Assembly: GCA_963706575.1 (NCBI GenBank)
Contig: CAVPNL010000009.1
Location: 1-64,000, forward strand
Direction: 5' to 3'
DNA from: an uncultured delta proteobacterium
GTDB lineage: Bacteria > Desulfobacterota > Desulfobacteria > Desulfobacterales > JAHEIW01
Length of the DNA stretch: 64,000 bases
Of this stretch, positions 32,288 to 42,002 are shown in pieces. The notes under the pieces are model-generated. The model worked only from the letters and a program-made list of their open reading frames with translations. It had not been told where the DNA came from and searched no databases. The translations under genes were made by a program, and so were the position numbers. Position 1 is the stretch's first letter; each line of letters opens with the position of its first letter.

Positions 32288-33724
32288 CTATTTACCGACA
32301 CAAAACCGGCTGAAAATCTCATTTAGCACATCCACCTTCACATTGTCGCCACTGATCACTCCCAAAGCATCGATGGCCTCCTGAAGATGGATGGCCACCA
32401 GATCACTGGAGGTTCCGTTTCGCAGTTGTTCAATCACAGATTCGGCAGCATCAAGGCTCGTTTCAAGCAGCAGCTTGTGCCTTAAATTGGGGACAATCAC
32501 CCCGTTAAAATCAAGCGGATTCTGTCCTCCGGCCATCTTAATAATTTTGTCTTTGAGCTGATCGATCCCCTGGTCATATAAGGCCGAAATACGCACCTGC
32601 TCATCAAAACGCCAGTTGTCCGGAAGGGTGGTTTCATTTCCCTCCTGGATAAGGTCGATTTTATTCAGAACAACGATTAGGGGCTTCGAATTGATCTGGT
32701 CATAAATGAGGTGGTCTTCAGAGCCCAGGGATCGGTTGGCTTCAATCATAAAAAGCACCAGATCAGATCCGTTGACGTGCTCGAGTGTTTTTTCAATTCC
32801 GATCTTTTCTACGGGGTTATCGGTGTAATGAACACCGGCCGTATCACTGATAACAACCGGTATGCCTTCAAGGTTCAGCGTTTCTTCGATCACATCCCGG
32901 GTTGTTCCCGGCACATCCGTCACAATGGCTCGATCCTTTTGAACCAGCTGATTGAGCAGACTGGATTTGCCCACATTGGGCCGACCGACCACCGCAACTG
33001 CAATCCCGTCTCGAAAAACATGAGCGTCCACATAATTTCGGATCAATCCCTTTAGCGGCTCGCGCACTTCTCTTTGAAGCGATTCTAGCGTGTCTTCGGT
33101 TTGGATGAATTCTGCGACATCATCCGGAAAGTCAATTGCAGCTTCAATCCGGGTTAAGAGGTCGACCAATCCGTCTCTGATGGAAGTAATCTGCTTGCGC
33201 AGCTTTCCGCTCACCTGGGCAGCCGATAGTTGTAAACTCTTACGGGTGCGGGCATTGATGACATCGATGACCGCTTCGGCCTGGGTAAGATCGATGCGCC
33301 CGTTAGCGAATGCCCGCTGGGTAAATTCCCCCGGCTCGGCCAGACGCGCACCCTTTTTTAAAACGAGCTGCAAAATGGCATGTAAAACCACCGCCCCGCC
33401 GTGAGCGTTAATCTCTACGACATCTTCTCGCGTATAGGTCTGCGGGGCCTTCATCGCCGAAAGCAAGACTTCATCCAGCATGACGCCGTTTTCCGGGTCA
33501 AAGATGTGGCCATAGTAAAGCCGGTGGGACTCAAATTCAAACCTTTTCTTTTTGCCCGGATGGGTCGAAAGGGGAACGGCATTTGAATCCTGACGCCTGT
33601 CAATCGGTCTGAAAATAGCCTTTGCAACCGCAAAGGCATTTAAGCCGGATATTTTGACGATGCCGATCCCGCCTTTTCCGCCGGATGTGGCAATGGCTGC
33701 AATGGTATCTGAGTTAGGTGTCAT
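32288..33724 (-). CDS. mnmE: tRNA modification GTPase MnmE (TrmE)
   Basis: DTIAAIAT, YTREDVVEINAHGG, GRPNVGKSS, GTTRD and C-terminal FSRFCVGK. Confidence 0.97.
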   Translation of the reverse strand: MTPNSDTIAAIATSGGKGGIGIVKISGLNAFAVAKAIFRPIDRRQDSNAVPLSTHPGKKKRFEFESHRLYYGHIFDPENGVMLDEVLLSAMKAPQTYTREDVVEINAHGGAVVLHAILQLVLKKGARLAEPGEFTQRAFANGRIDLTQAEAVIDVINARTRKSLQLSAAQVSGKLRKQITSIRDGLVDLLTRIEAAIDFPDDVAEFIQTEDTLESLQREVREPLKGLIRNYVDAHVFRDGIAVAVVGRPNVGKSSLLNQLVQKDRAIVTDVPGTTRDVIEETLNLEGIPVVISDTAGVHYTDNPVEKIGIEKTLEHVNGSDLVLFMIEANRSLGSEDHLIYDQINSKPLIVVLNKIDLIQEGNETTLPDNWRFDEQVRISALYDQGIDQLKDKIIKMAGGQNPLDFNGVIVPNLRHKLLLETSLDAAESVIEQLRNGTSSDLVAIHLQEAIDALGVISGDNVKVDVLNEIFSRFCVGK

Positions 33725-33905
33725 TTGGTCAAAATATAATATGGCCACCCGGTGGTTCACATGAGGTCGGGCCTTCTAAAAACCGTCAATCGTTTTCAGG
33801 ATTCAGTTTAGCCGCAAGAAGACAATTCAGAGCTGAAGGAACCCGCAACCAGCATCAGGTGAATGAAAATGGTAAATGGTATCGGGCACCATGTACAAAT
33901 AAACG

Positions 33906-34718
33906 TTATCTTTTCGAATAATTTCGTTTTTGGGGAAATATCACAAGCTTTCGCAAACGACCTTCCCCCCGGCTGCGGGTCAAAACTTCGGGAAAATCCT
34001 TGAGTGCAATATGAACGATTCTGCGATCGTAGGCATTCATCTGGCCGAGGGATATGGGTTTTCCGATTTTCTTTGACTTTTCGGCCATCCGGAGTGCCAT
34101 GTTTTCAAGATTTTCTTTGCGGCCTTCCAGATAGCCTTCGATATCCACCAGAACCCGAATTCGGTTTTGATTGCGTTTGTTGACAACTTTTTCAATAATG
34201 CTCTGAATGGCGTCCAGTGTTTGGCCGCGTTTGCCGATCAAAATACCCGCATTGCCACCATTGACATTGAAGCATAGGCGCTCCGCATTCTCTTCAACCG
34301 AAATTTTAGCATCTGCCGTGATGGTGTCTACAATTCGTTGCAAAACCAGCCTGCCAATTTCCACGGCATCATCGGGGAATGAATAACGCTGTTGGCCTTC
34401 TGAATCTTCTTTAACAGACCCATTTTCGTCGTCTAGAACCATGGTCCCTGTGGCTTCGGATTGGCTGTAAGCATCAGGTGTCGGCTGTGCAGCGGCGTTC
34501 AATTCAGCGGTTTGCGCTTGCCGCTCCCTTACCAGCGTATCCTTAGCTAACTTTACCCGAATTTTCGCCTTTTTGGTACCGGACAAACCGAAAATGCCGC
34601 TGGATCCGTAGGACAGCACTTCGTATTTTATCTCTTCTTTGGGTATCTTGAGTTCGGCACTGGCCTTCTCGATTGCCTTGTCAACGTTTTTTGCTTTGAA
34701 TTCCAGCGAGGCCGACAT
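33906..34718 (-). CDS. jag: Jag/EloR/KhpB RNA-binding protein (KH and R3H)
   Basis: LIGKRGQTLDAIQ and RRIVH; sits after yidC. Confidence 0.93.
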   Translation of the reverse strand: MSASLEFKAKNVDKAIEKASAELKIPKEEIKYEVLSYGSSGIFGLSGTKKAKIRVKLAKDTLVRERQAQTAELNAAAQPTPDAYSQSEATGTMVLDDENGSVKEDSEGQQRYSFPDDAVEIGRLVLQRIVDTITADAKISVEENAERLCFNVNGGNAGILIGKRGQTLDAIQSIIEKVVNKRNQNRIRVLVDIEGYLEGRKENLENMALRMAEKSKKIGKPISLGQMNAYDRRIVHIALKDFPEVLTRSRGEGRLRKLVIFPQKRNYSKR

Positions 34719-34733
34719 GTAAAACCTCCGTAA

Positions 34734-36401
34734 TTACGCGTATTTTTTCTGGGTATAATACTGCTGGGCAATTGATAGAAGGTTGTTCACCAGCCAGTAT
34801 AAAACCAGGCCGGATGAAAAATTGATAAAAATAACCGTAAATATAATGGGCATAAACATCATCATCTTCGCCTGGGTGGCGTCTCCCATGGGGGGTGACA
34901 TTTTTTGCTGCAGCAGCATGCTTGCACCCATGACGATGGTGAGAACCGGTATTCCGTATGGCGGTTCCATAAAAGGTATCGAAAAATCAAAGCGCAACAA
35001 GCGGTCCGGTGCAGCCAGGTCGTCAATCCACAGGAAAAACGGCGCATGCCGTAGCTCGATGGCTTCATAAAGCATGCGGTAGAGCGCAAAAAAGACCGGG
35101 AGCTGAACCACCATCGGAAGACAGCCGCCCAGCGGATTGATCTTATAGGTGCGATACAGCCCCATGACTTCCTGATTCATCTTCTGTTTGTCGTCTTTGT
35201 GTTTTTCACGAATCTCTTTCATCAGCGGCTGGATTTTTTTCATTTCGCTCATCGATTTATAGCTTTTTTGCCCCAGAGGCCATAAAAGGATTTTCGCCAA
35301 TATCGTTAAAAAGATAATGGCCACCCCATAGTTGGGAATCACACTGTAAAATTTGTTCATCAGCCACAGGCAGGGCTTGGCAATAATATCAAACCAGCCG
35401 AAATCAACGACTTTTTGCAGATCGTTGCCGACATTTCTGAGTTCCTGTATCCTTTTAGGACCCATGAAAAGCTGGTATTTATAAGTGTACTGAGTCCCGG
35501 GCTGAATCGCTTTTTCCGGCTGCCGGTATCGGGCGGCTACAAATTTGTCGGACTCCAGGGCCAGATGCAGGCTGGCCTCTTCGATCTGGTTGGGTATGAG
35601 ACCGGACATAAAATAACGGCTCTGCAAGGCAACCCATTTGATTGTGCCGTCAAATGTATTCTGATCTTTAAGCTTTTTGGTCTTGATTTCTTGAAGTTCG
35701 TCGTTAATCAGTGCGCTGGGCCCTTCAAAAGCATACATGCGCTTATCACCCGGAGCTTTGCTGTATAAGGCCACAAAGAGTTTATCCTGGATGCCGCGCC
35801 CGGATCCATTTTTTATGATGACCTCCATACCGATCGCATAGGTATCCGGTGCAAATTTATAGGTTTTTTCGATGACAATTCCATCCTGTGAGCGCCACAA
35901 AAAAGTAAGGTCCTTGGGGCTGTCATTCACCTCCAGCTGCCTGGAAGGCATGTTGGCAGTAAATACCGCTTTATCCAGCCCGGTAATACTCTTGCCGGTA
36001 AATCCCAGTAGGCCGACGCCAAAGGTTTCATCGCCGGTCAGAATTTGTTTAAGGGGTGCATCCTTTTGAACTTTTTCCCGGTAGTTTTTAAGGAGAAAGC
36101 TGTAAAATACGGCTCCATTCTCAGAAATCTTGGCCTGATAAAGCGGGGTATCGACAGTAATGCTCGCGGCTATCTGAAGCGGGGTCTCTTTAACGGTGGT
36201 TTTTACAGCAGGCGCCGGTTTTTCAATCGCTTCTTTATAAGGCTTTTCAGTGTCCTTAACCGCTTGTTTTTCTTCTACCGCAGGGGATTCAACCTTTTTT
36301 GCCTGACGACGCTCGGCTTCATCAGGGCTGAAAAAAAATTGCCATGCCAAAAATATAGCGAGCGAAAGGACGATGGCTATTAACAATCGCGATTGTTCCA
36401 T
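34734..36401 (-). CDS. yidC: Membrane protein insertase YidC
   Basis: DFGWF, NYGVAII, NPLGGCLP and GLVLYW. Confidence 0.97.
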   Translation of the reverse strand: MEQSRLLIAIVLSLAIFLAWQFFFSPDEAERRQAKKVESPAVEEKQAVKDTEKPYKEAIEKPAPAVKTTVKETPLQIAASITVDTPLYQAKISENGAVFYSFLLKNYREKVQKDAPLKQILTGDETFGVGLLGFTGKSITGLDKAVFTANMPSRQLEVNDSPKDLTFLWRSQDGIVIEKTYKFAPDTYAIGMEVIIKNGSGRGIQDKLFVALYSKAPGDKRMYAFEGPSALINDELQEIKTKKLKDQNTFDGTIKWVALQSRYFMSGLIPNQIEEASLHLALESDKFVAARYRQPEKAIQPGTQYTYKYQLFMGPKRIQELRNVGNDLQKVVDFGWFDIIAKPCLWLMNKFYSVIPNYGVAIIFLTILAKILLWPLGQKSYKSMSEMKKIQPLMKEIREKHKDDKQKMNQEVMGLYRTYKINPLGGCLPMVVQLPVFFALYRMLYEAIELRHAPFFLWIDDLAAPDRLLRFDFSIPFMEPPYGIPVLTIVMGASMLLQQKMSPPMGDATQAKMMMFMPIIFTVIFINFSSGLVLYWLVNNLLSIAQQYYTQKKYA

Positions 36402-36582
36402 TAATTTCTCCTAATATCAGGTTATAAATTACGGTGCCGCACTTTATGCTAAAAAGAAGCCTGTATTTCGAAATTAAACAGGGTTTTTGTCTGGGGACTT
36501 AGCTGGGGGAGCAGTTTCTGCGCCGTTAACCATTTTCCGCTACGCATGATAGACTCGTTAATCTGGTTTTGTTATGCGCAGG

Positions 36583-36828
36583 CTAGGGAACCGGATCAAC
36601 GCCACCAGGATGAAAGGGATGACATCGCAACAATCGCTTGACGGCCAGAAATAGGCCTTTTAAAGGACCGTGTTGTCTGATTGCCTGATAGGCATAATTC
36701 GAACAGGTTGGATAAAAACGACACGAGCGGCCTAAAATCGGAGATAGTGTATATTGGTAGGCCCGGATCGATGCTAACATCAATATCGCTATAATCTTTT
36801 TAATCAACACAATTCGAAATCTTTTCAA
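36583..36828 (-). CDS. yidD: Membrane protein insertion efficiency factor YidD
   Basis: [10 protein letters not shown] and [17 protein letters not shown]. Confidence 0.95.
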   Translation of the reverse strand: MKRFRIVLIKKIIAILMLASIRAYQYTLSPILGRSCRFYPTCSNYAYQAIRQHGPLKGLFLAVKRLLRCHPFHPGGVDPVP

Positions 36829-37153
36829 ACAAATCTTGAAGGAATAAATCTACCTTCGCAGATGAAAGGTCTGTGGCCTTTTTTTTGGCGACGATGTTAA
36901 TATCCCAGTTTTGATTTAAATGCTGCCTGTTTAATCGAAAGTATTCGCGTACCAGACGTTTAATTCGGTTTCTTTGTGCAGCTTTTGCGACCTTTCGTGT
37001 AACCGTGATGCCCAGCCTCAGGCTGTCGAATCGGCCAGGTTTAAAAAAAACGATAAAACAGTCGTTTTGCAGCTTGCGTCCGGATCGCGTGAGTTCGAGA
37101 AATTCCGATCGTTTTAAGATTCGATCTTCCTTTTTAAAGGAAAAGCGCATCAT
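36800..37153 (-). CDS. rnpA: Ribonuclease P protein component
   Basis: [10 protein letters not shown] and [13 protein letters not shown]. Confidence 0.95.
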   Translation of the reverse strand: MMRFSFKKEDRILKRSEFLELTRSGRKLQNDCFIVFFKPGRFDSLRLGITVTRKVAKAAQRNRIKRLVREYFRLNRQHLNQNWDINIVAKKKATDLSSAKVDLFLQDLFEKISNCVD

Positions 37154-37227
37154 GGCCTATGACCCATGATCTATGACCCATTAAACATTAGGCTTTACTC
37201 ATCATCCGGTTCGCTGGCCCGACCGTT

Positions 37228-37362
37228 TCAACCGGCGAGGCGGGCCCTACCCTTTGCCCGGCGCCGATTAATTATCCTGCGACCTGCCTTAGACGACATC
37301 CGTTTGCGAAATCCATGATTCCTGGCCCGTTTGATTCTGCTGGGCTGAAAAGTGCGTTTCAT
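37228..37362 (-). CDS. rpmH: 50S ribosomal protein L34
   Basis: Too short for the ORF track. Manual translation: [44 protein letters not shown]. Confidence 0.97.
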   Translation of the reverse strand: MKRTFQPSRIKRARNHGFRKRMSSKAGRRIINRRRAKGRARLAG

Positions 37363-37498
37363 CTTATAAGTCCCTTATATTATTATATATTTTCCTATGC
37401 CTTTTGGACGTTGATTGTTGTGCTATGCGTCCTGAGGGTGCGAAGTCCGAAATTTATGATATAAATCACAAGGTTGAAGTCATGTCAAGATGAAATCA

Positions 37499-39043
37499 TT
37501 ATTCTTTATGAATTTCAAATATATCGAATTCTTCCATATGATAGGTCGTGTTGGGGTATATGACAATTTGCTTGCCGATAACCTTTTCCAGAGCCGTTAT
37601 CAAATGATTTTCTTCACCATGCAACAATTCGGCAATCTGCGGATTAGCTCTTAATGTCAGCCGGATGCCGTTCATATCCTGGGATTCCCGCAAAATTTCA
37701 CGGAAAATTGAATAACAAATCGATTGTTTAGAAATAATATAGCCTTCTCCATCGCAATAATAGCATGGCTCGCACAGAATCCGGGTGAGCGGTTCCCGGG
37801 TGCGCTTGCGGGTCATCTGGATGAGCCCCATCTCCGACATCGGCAAAACATGGGTTTTACTCTTGTCTTTTTCCAGTGCTTCCCGGAGTGCATTGAACAC
37901 CTTTTCCTGGTTGGACTTTTTATCCATATCAATAAAGTCGATAATGATAAGGCCGCCAAGATCCCGCAGCCGGATTTGATAGGCAATCTCCTTGACGGCC
38001 TCCAAATTGGTTTTTACAATCGTTTCTTCCAGATTGTGTTTGCCGACATAGCGGCCGGTGTTGACATCAATCGCTACCAGGGCCTCGGTGTGCTCGATGG
38101 TAATATATCCGCCGGATTTCAGCCAAACCTTGCGTTTGAGCGCTCTGGAAATATCGCCTTCCAGATTGTAGGCGTCAAAAACCGGTTCGGCGCCGTCGTA
38201 GAGCACCACGTGATCCTTTAGGCTGGGCATGTAAGTGTCCAGAAATGATAAAACGGCATCATAGGTCGGTTTGGAATCGATAACCAGTTTCTCGACTTCA
38301 TGGATCAGCAAATCCCTCACCGCGCGTAGGCTCACGGAAATCTCCTGATGCAATCTGGATGGGACGGGGGCTTTCTCATATTTTTTTTGGATGTTGGCCC
38401 ACAGGTTGTTCACAAAGGACATCTCGGAAGCCAGTTTTTCTTCAGACTCGCCCTCAGCAGCCGTCCGCACAATATAACCATGGTTATTGGTGCGCAAATT
38501 CATAACGCTATTTCGCAGGCGCTCGCGTTCGGCTTCATCTTCAATACGGCGGGAAATGCCGATATGATCGGATTTGGGCATCAGCACCAGGAAGCGGCCG
38601 GGCAAAGAAACGTAAGATGAAATTCGCGCCCCTTTGGTACCGATGGGAGATTTGACGACCTGGGCCAATACCTCCTGGCCCTCTGAAATAAGCTCTTCAA
38701 TCTGATACCTGCGCCGGTGTTCGTATCGCGTCGGTTCCGGATTGCTTTCGGGTTCTACCGGCACCTCCTCGGCATCGATTTGAAACAGGCGTTCATATTC
38801 CTCAATATCATTTGTATAAACATCATCCACATACATAAATGCCGCCTGATTAAGACCGACATCCACAAACGCTGCCTGCATCCCGGGCAATACCCGCAGC
38901 ACTCTGCCTTTATAGATATTGCCGGCGACATCCGAATCATCTCCGCGATCCACATATAATTCCACGATGGTCCCGTCTTCTAAAAGTGCCACCCGGGTTT
39001 CATGATCTGAAACATTGATGATCAGCTGTTTGTACATTTTCAA
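37499..39043 (-). CDS. rng: Rne/Rng family ribonuclease (RNase G-like)
   Basis: GNIYKGRVLRVLPGMQAAFVD, IDVNTG and GGLIIIDFIDM. Confidence 0.93.
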   Translation of the reverse strand: MKMYKQLIINVSDHETRVALLEDGTIVELYVDRGDDSDVAGNIYKGRVLRVLPGMQAAFVDVGLNQAAFMYVDDVYTNDIEEYERLFQIDAEEVPVEPESNPEPTRYEHRRRYQIEELISEGQEVLAQVVKSPIGTKGARISSYVSLPGRFLVLMPKSDHIGISRRIEDEAERERLRNSVMNLRTNNHGYIVRTAAEGESEEKLASEMSFVNNLWANIQKKYEKAPVPSRLHQEISVSLRAVRDLLIHEVEKLVIDSKPTYDAVLSFLDTYMPSLKDHVVLYDGAEPVFDAYNLEGDISRALKRKVWLKSGGYITIEHTEALVAIDVNTGRYVGKHNLEETIVKTNLEAVKEIAYQIRLRDLGGLIIIDFIDMDKKSNQEKVFNALREALEKDKSKTHVLPMSEMGLIQMTRKRTREPLTRILCEPCYYCDGEGYIISKQSICYSIFREILRESQDMNGIRLTLRANPQIAELLHGEENHLITALEKVIGKQIVIYPNTTYHMEEFDIFEIHKE

Positions 39044-39055
39044 AAGCTCCGCTTT

Positions 39056-39140
39056 TTCGCAAAGCGCAGAGGGCAGAGCGCATAGCGAGAAATGCCGCCA
39101 CTGGTATATGCAAAAAGTAAACGCTTTGCTCTATGCGCTA
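39056..39140. repeat. Heptamer-repeat palindrome (GCAGAGC/GCTCTAT)
   Basis: gcaaagcgcagagggcagagcgcatagcg ... cgctttgctctatgcgct. Confidence 0.65.
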
Positions 39141-41645
39141 TGCGCTTAGCTTTATTATCGTTGCCTGTTTGACCTGCTCATCGCTTAATTTGAATATATG
39201 GCGCAGGACATCAAAAGGCCGCACGGTTTTTCCCGGCTCAGATTGAAGGGTCAGTTCCATATGACCCGCGTCGAACAATTCACTGCTTACTACAATATCT
39301 TTTAAATCTATCTTTTTCAACTTTCCTTTTCGATGAGTGAGCATAATGTAAAAATCCAAACTCTCGTTGAAAGCGTTTAGCCGGGTTTTATCGAAAAGCG
39401 CTTCCTGCAGAGCAACCCGGTAGCGGACGCGTTTGCGGAGGGGTGCCGGCGCCTTTTTGGGGGCTAATTGACAATCGAGGATTTCAAGCCCGGCGGGCAA
39501 TTGATCGTTTAAGGCGGCCTTCGCGTCTTGCGGGCGAATGGTGTCCGCTACGGTTATCATAAAGCGCTCCTGCTGGCTCTCGATTCCCACCGGCAGGGGG
39601 TCATCAAAGGAGATTTTGGGTTTGGGGTGAAATCCCTCCGAAAACCGAACCGCAATTCCAGCCCGTTTTAAGGCGCGTTGGAAAATATTGACCAGTTCAA
39701 GATGTCCGAAATACCGTGCCCCGTCCAGCTTGCTGTAAAAAACACTGAGTTTTTTAAAGGCCGGCGCTTTCTGAGCATCGGGTCGATTCAGTCGACCGGC
39801 ATTGTCTTTTAAGGCGTCGTGGGTTAAGGGCTCGATTTGTTCAAAGTCGCAGACACCGCACTGGTTGCATTCATCAACCCGGCAATCTGCTGTAAAGGCT
39901 TCTCCGGTTGCATTTTCCCATTCATCGGCTAAAAACGCTTTGGTCACCCGGGTGTCAATATGGTCCCAGGGCAACGGCTCACAAACATCTCTGGGGCGAA
40001 GCGTATAAAAATCAGGATCCAGTCCCTCTTCGGCAAGGGCCGCTGCCCACAGGTCGTAGCGAAATCGATCACTCCAGCCGTCAAACCGGCAGCCTTTATG
40101 ATAGGCGGCTACCAATAGCCGGCTCAGTTTTCGATCGCCGCGGGCCCAGACCCCTTCCAGCCAGCTGACTTGCGGATTCTGCCATTTGATTTGAACGCCG
40201 GACAATTTGAGTTTGTCCTTAACCCGCTCTAAGCGGTCTTTGGATTCGGCCAGCGACAGCTGGGAGGCCCATTGAAAAGGGGTATGCGGTTTGGGAATAA
40301 AGGTGGCCACGCTGACATTGATCTTTCCCCGGCGCCCCGCGGGGCTTTTGATTTGCCGCAGGGCTTTGACCAAATCCACCAGCGCCTTTAAATCTTCAAC
40401 GGTTTCGGTCGGAAGCCCGATCATAAAATACAGCTTGATGACCCGCCATCCCAGGTCAAAAGCGTCTTTGACCGTTGTCATAATCTCTGCTTCACTGATA
40501 TTTTTATTGATCACGTCCCGCAGCCGCTGACTGCCGGCTTCGGGGGCAATGGTAAACCCGGTTTTGCGCACCGTCTTGATCAGTTTCATCAGCTCCGGTG
40601 TCAGGGTTCCGGCCCTCAACGACGGCAGGGAAACCGCCACATTCTCGGCCGCATAGTCCGACATCAAGCGCGACATCAAAGGCACGATACAACCGTAGTC
40701 GCCGGTGCTTAACGACAGCAAAGAAAGATCTTCGTATCCGGTGGCACCGACGGATTGATCACAAAGGGCCAGCAGCGAATCGGGCGCGCGTTCCCGCACC
40801 GGCCGGTAGATCATGCCGGCCTGGCAGAACCGGCAGCCGCGGGTACAGCCTCTGGCAACCTCCAGTCGCAGCCGATCATGCACGGGTTTGCCGAAGGGGA
40901 TGATGGGTTTATTGGGAAAAGGCACCTGATCCAGATCGGCAACCAGAGTTCGGGTCACCTGTGAGTAATCCGGAACCTGCGGCTCCAGGATCTGAAAGCC
41001 GCACGCATCATACCGCGGCTTAAAAAATGAGGGAATATAAACACCTTCAATCTGTGACCAGCGCTTTAAAAGACCTTCTTTATCGTTGCCGGTGTCCTTT
41101 TTCCATTCCATCCAGCTTTCGGCCAGTAAAAGGGTGACTTTTTCACCGTCCCCGATGACAATGGCATCAAAAAAATCCGCAACCGGCTCCGGGTTGCAGG
41201 TGCACGGGCCTCCGGCAATAATCAGTGGAAAAGAGTCGTCCCGTTGGGCGGCATAAAACGGAATGCCGCACAGTTCCAGCATGGTTAAGATATTGGTGTA
41301 ATTCAGTTCATAGAGCAGACTGAATCCGATCATATCAAACCGATCAAGAGGCCGGCGGGATTCCAGAGAAAATAAGGGCAGCCCGCTGCTCCTGAGATGA
41401 CGGTCCATATCCATTCCGGGAGCAAAGACACGCTCGGCGGCAATGTCCGGATGGGCGTTGAGAATATGATACAGAATCTGCATTCCGAAATGGGAGGTGC
41501 CGATTTCATAAAGATCCGGAAAAGCCAGCGCGATTCGCAGTTTAACCCGCTCCAGGTCCTTTTTGATCTGATTGATTTCGCCCCCCAAATAGCGGCTGGG
41601 TTTTTCAACCAGAGGCAAAATATCTTCGATGGTTTTCAAATTCAT
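39138..41645 (-). CDS. B12-binding-domain radical SAM protein (TIGR03960-like) fused to a radical-SAM-linked (TIGR03936-like) domain
   Basis: VEKPSRYLGGE, FPDLYEIG and GCTRGCRFC; C-terminal HLEL...FSEGFHPKPK. Confidence 0.9.
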   Translation of the reverse strand: MNLKTIEDILPLVEKPSRYLGGEINQIKKDLERVKLRIALAFPDLYEIGTSHFGMQILYHILNAHPDIAAERVFAPGMDMDRHLRSSGLPLFSLESRRPLDRFDMIGFSLLYELNYTNILTMLELCGIPFYAAQRDDSFPLIIAGGPCTCNPEPVADFFDAIVIGDGEKVTLLLAESWMEWKKDTGNDKEGLLKRWSQIEGVYIPSFFKPRYDACGFQILEPQVPDYSQVTRTLVADLDQVPFPNKPIIPFGKPVHDRLRLEVARGCTRGCRFCQAGMIYRPVRERAPDSLLALCDQSVGATGYEDLSLLSLSTGDYGCIVPLMSRLMSDYAAENVAVSLPSLRAGTLTPELMKLIKTVRKTGFTIAPEAGSQRLRDVINKNISEAEIMTTVKDAFDLGWRVIKLYFMIGLPTETVEDLKALVDLVKALRQIKSPAGRRGKINVSVATFIPKPHTPFQWASQLSLAESKDRLERVKDKLKLSGVQIKWQNPQVSWLEGVWARGDRKLSRLLVAAYHKGCRFDGWSDRFRYDLWAAALAEEGLDPDFYTLRPRDVCEPLPWDHIDTRVTKAFLADEWENATGEAFTADCRVDECNQCGVCDFEQIEPLTHDALKDNAGRLNRPDAQKAPAFKKLSVFYSKLDGARYFGHLELVNIFQRALKRAGIAVRFSEGFHPKPKISFDDPLPVGIESQQERFMITVADTIRPQDAKAALNDQLPAGLEILDCQLAPKKAPAPLRKRVRYRVALQEALFDKTRLNAFNESLDFYIMLTHRKGKLKKIDLKDIVVSSELFDAGHMELTLQSEPGKTVRPFDVLRHIFKLSDEQVKQATIIKLSA

Positions 41646-41703
41646 AGCATCCGCAGGTGGTATAAGGCACTCATTGCTCGTAACCAGCTTAGAAGCGTCT
41701 CAT

Positions 41704-41834
41704 AAAAGTGACTAAAGTGAACTAAAGTTGGAAGTGACTAAAGTTATGGTGTCGCTACGCTCCGTCTTTTATAAAAATGACAGAATTCCTAAACTTTAGG
41801 CACTTTAGTCATTTTAGGCATTTTAGGCACTTTT
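41704..41834. repeat. Dispersed ~130-bp palindromic element, copy 1
   Basis: CTAAAGT/ACTTTAG arms around a core. Its reverse complement matches 54106-54238. Confidence 0.85.
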
Positions 41835-42002
41835 CTTTGAAGCCGCATCGGCTGCTTCATCTTAGATTCGGCTTACGTTATCAGATTAACTTAAAAAATT
41901 GAAGCCGCCGTCTTTATTTTCATGGCGCGATGTTTATATTTTAGCAGCCAAATTGCTTTGTGATTTCAAACAACCCGGGACCCGTTTCCCGTAAGGAGAG
42001 AT

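Noticed and set aside
36492..36560. tRNA-like start GGGGACTTAGCT between yidD and yidC
   Set aside because: No T-arm GTTCGA, no matching acceptor stem and no CCA.
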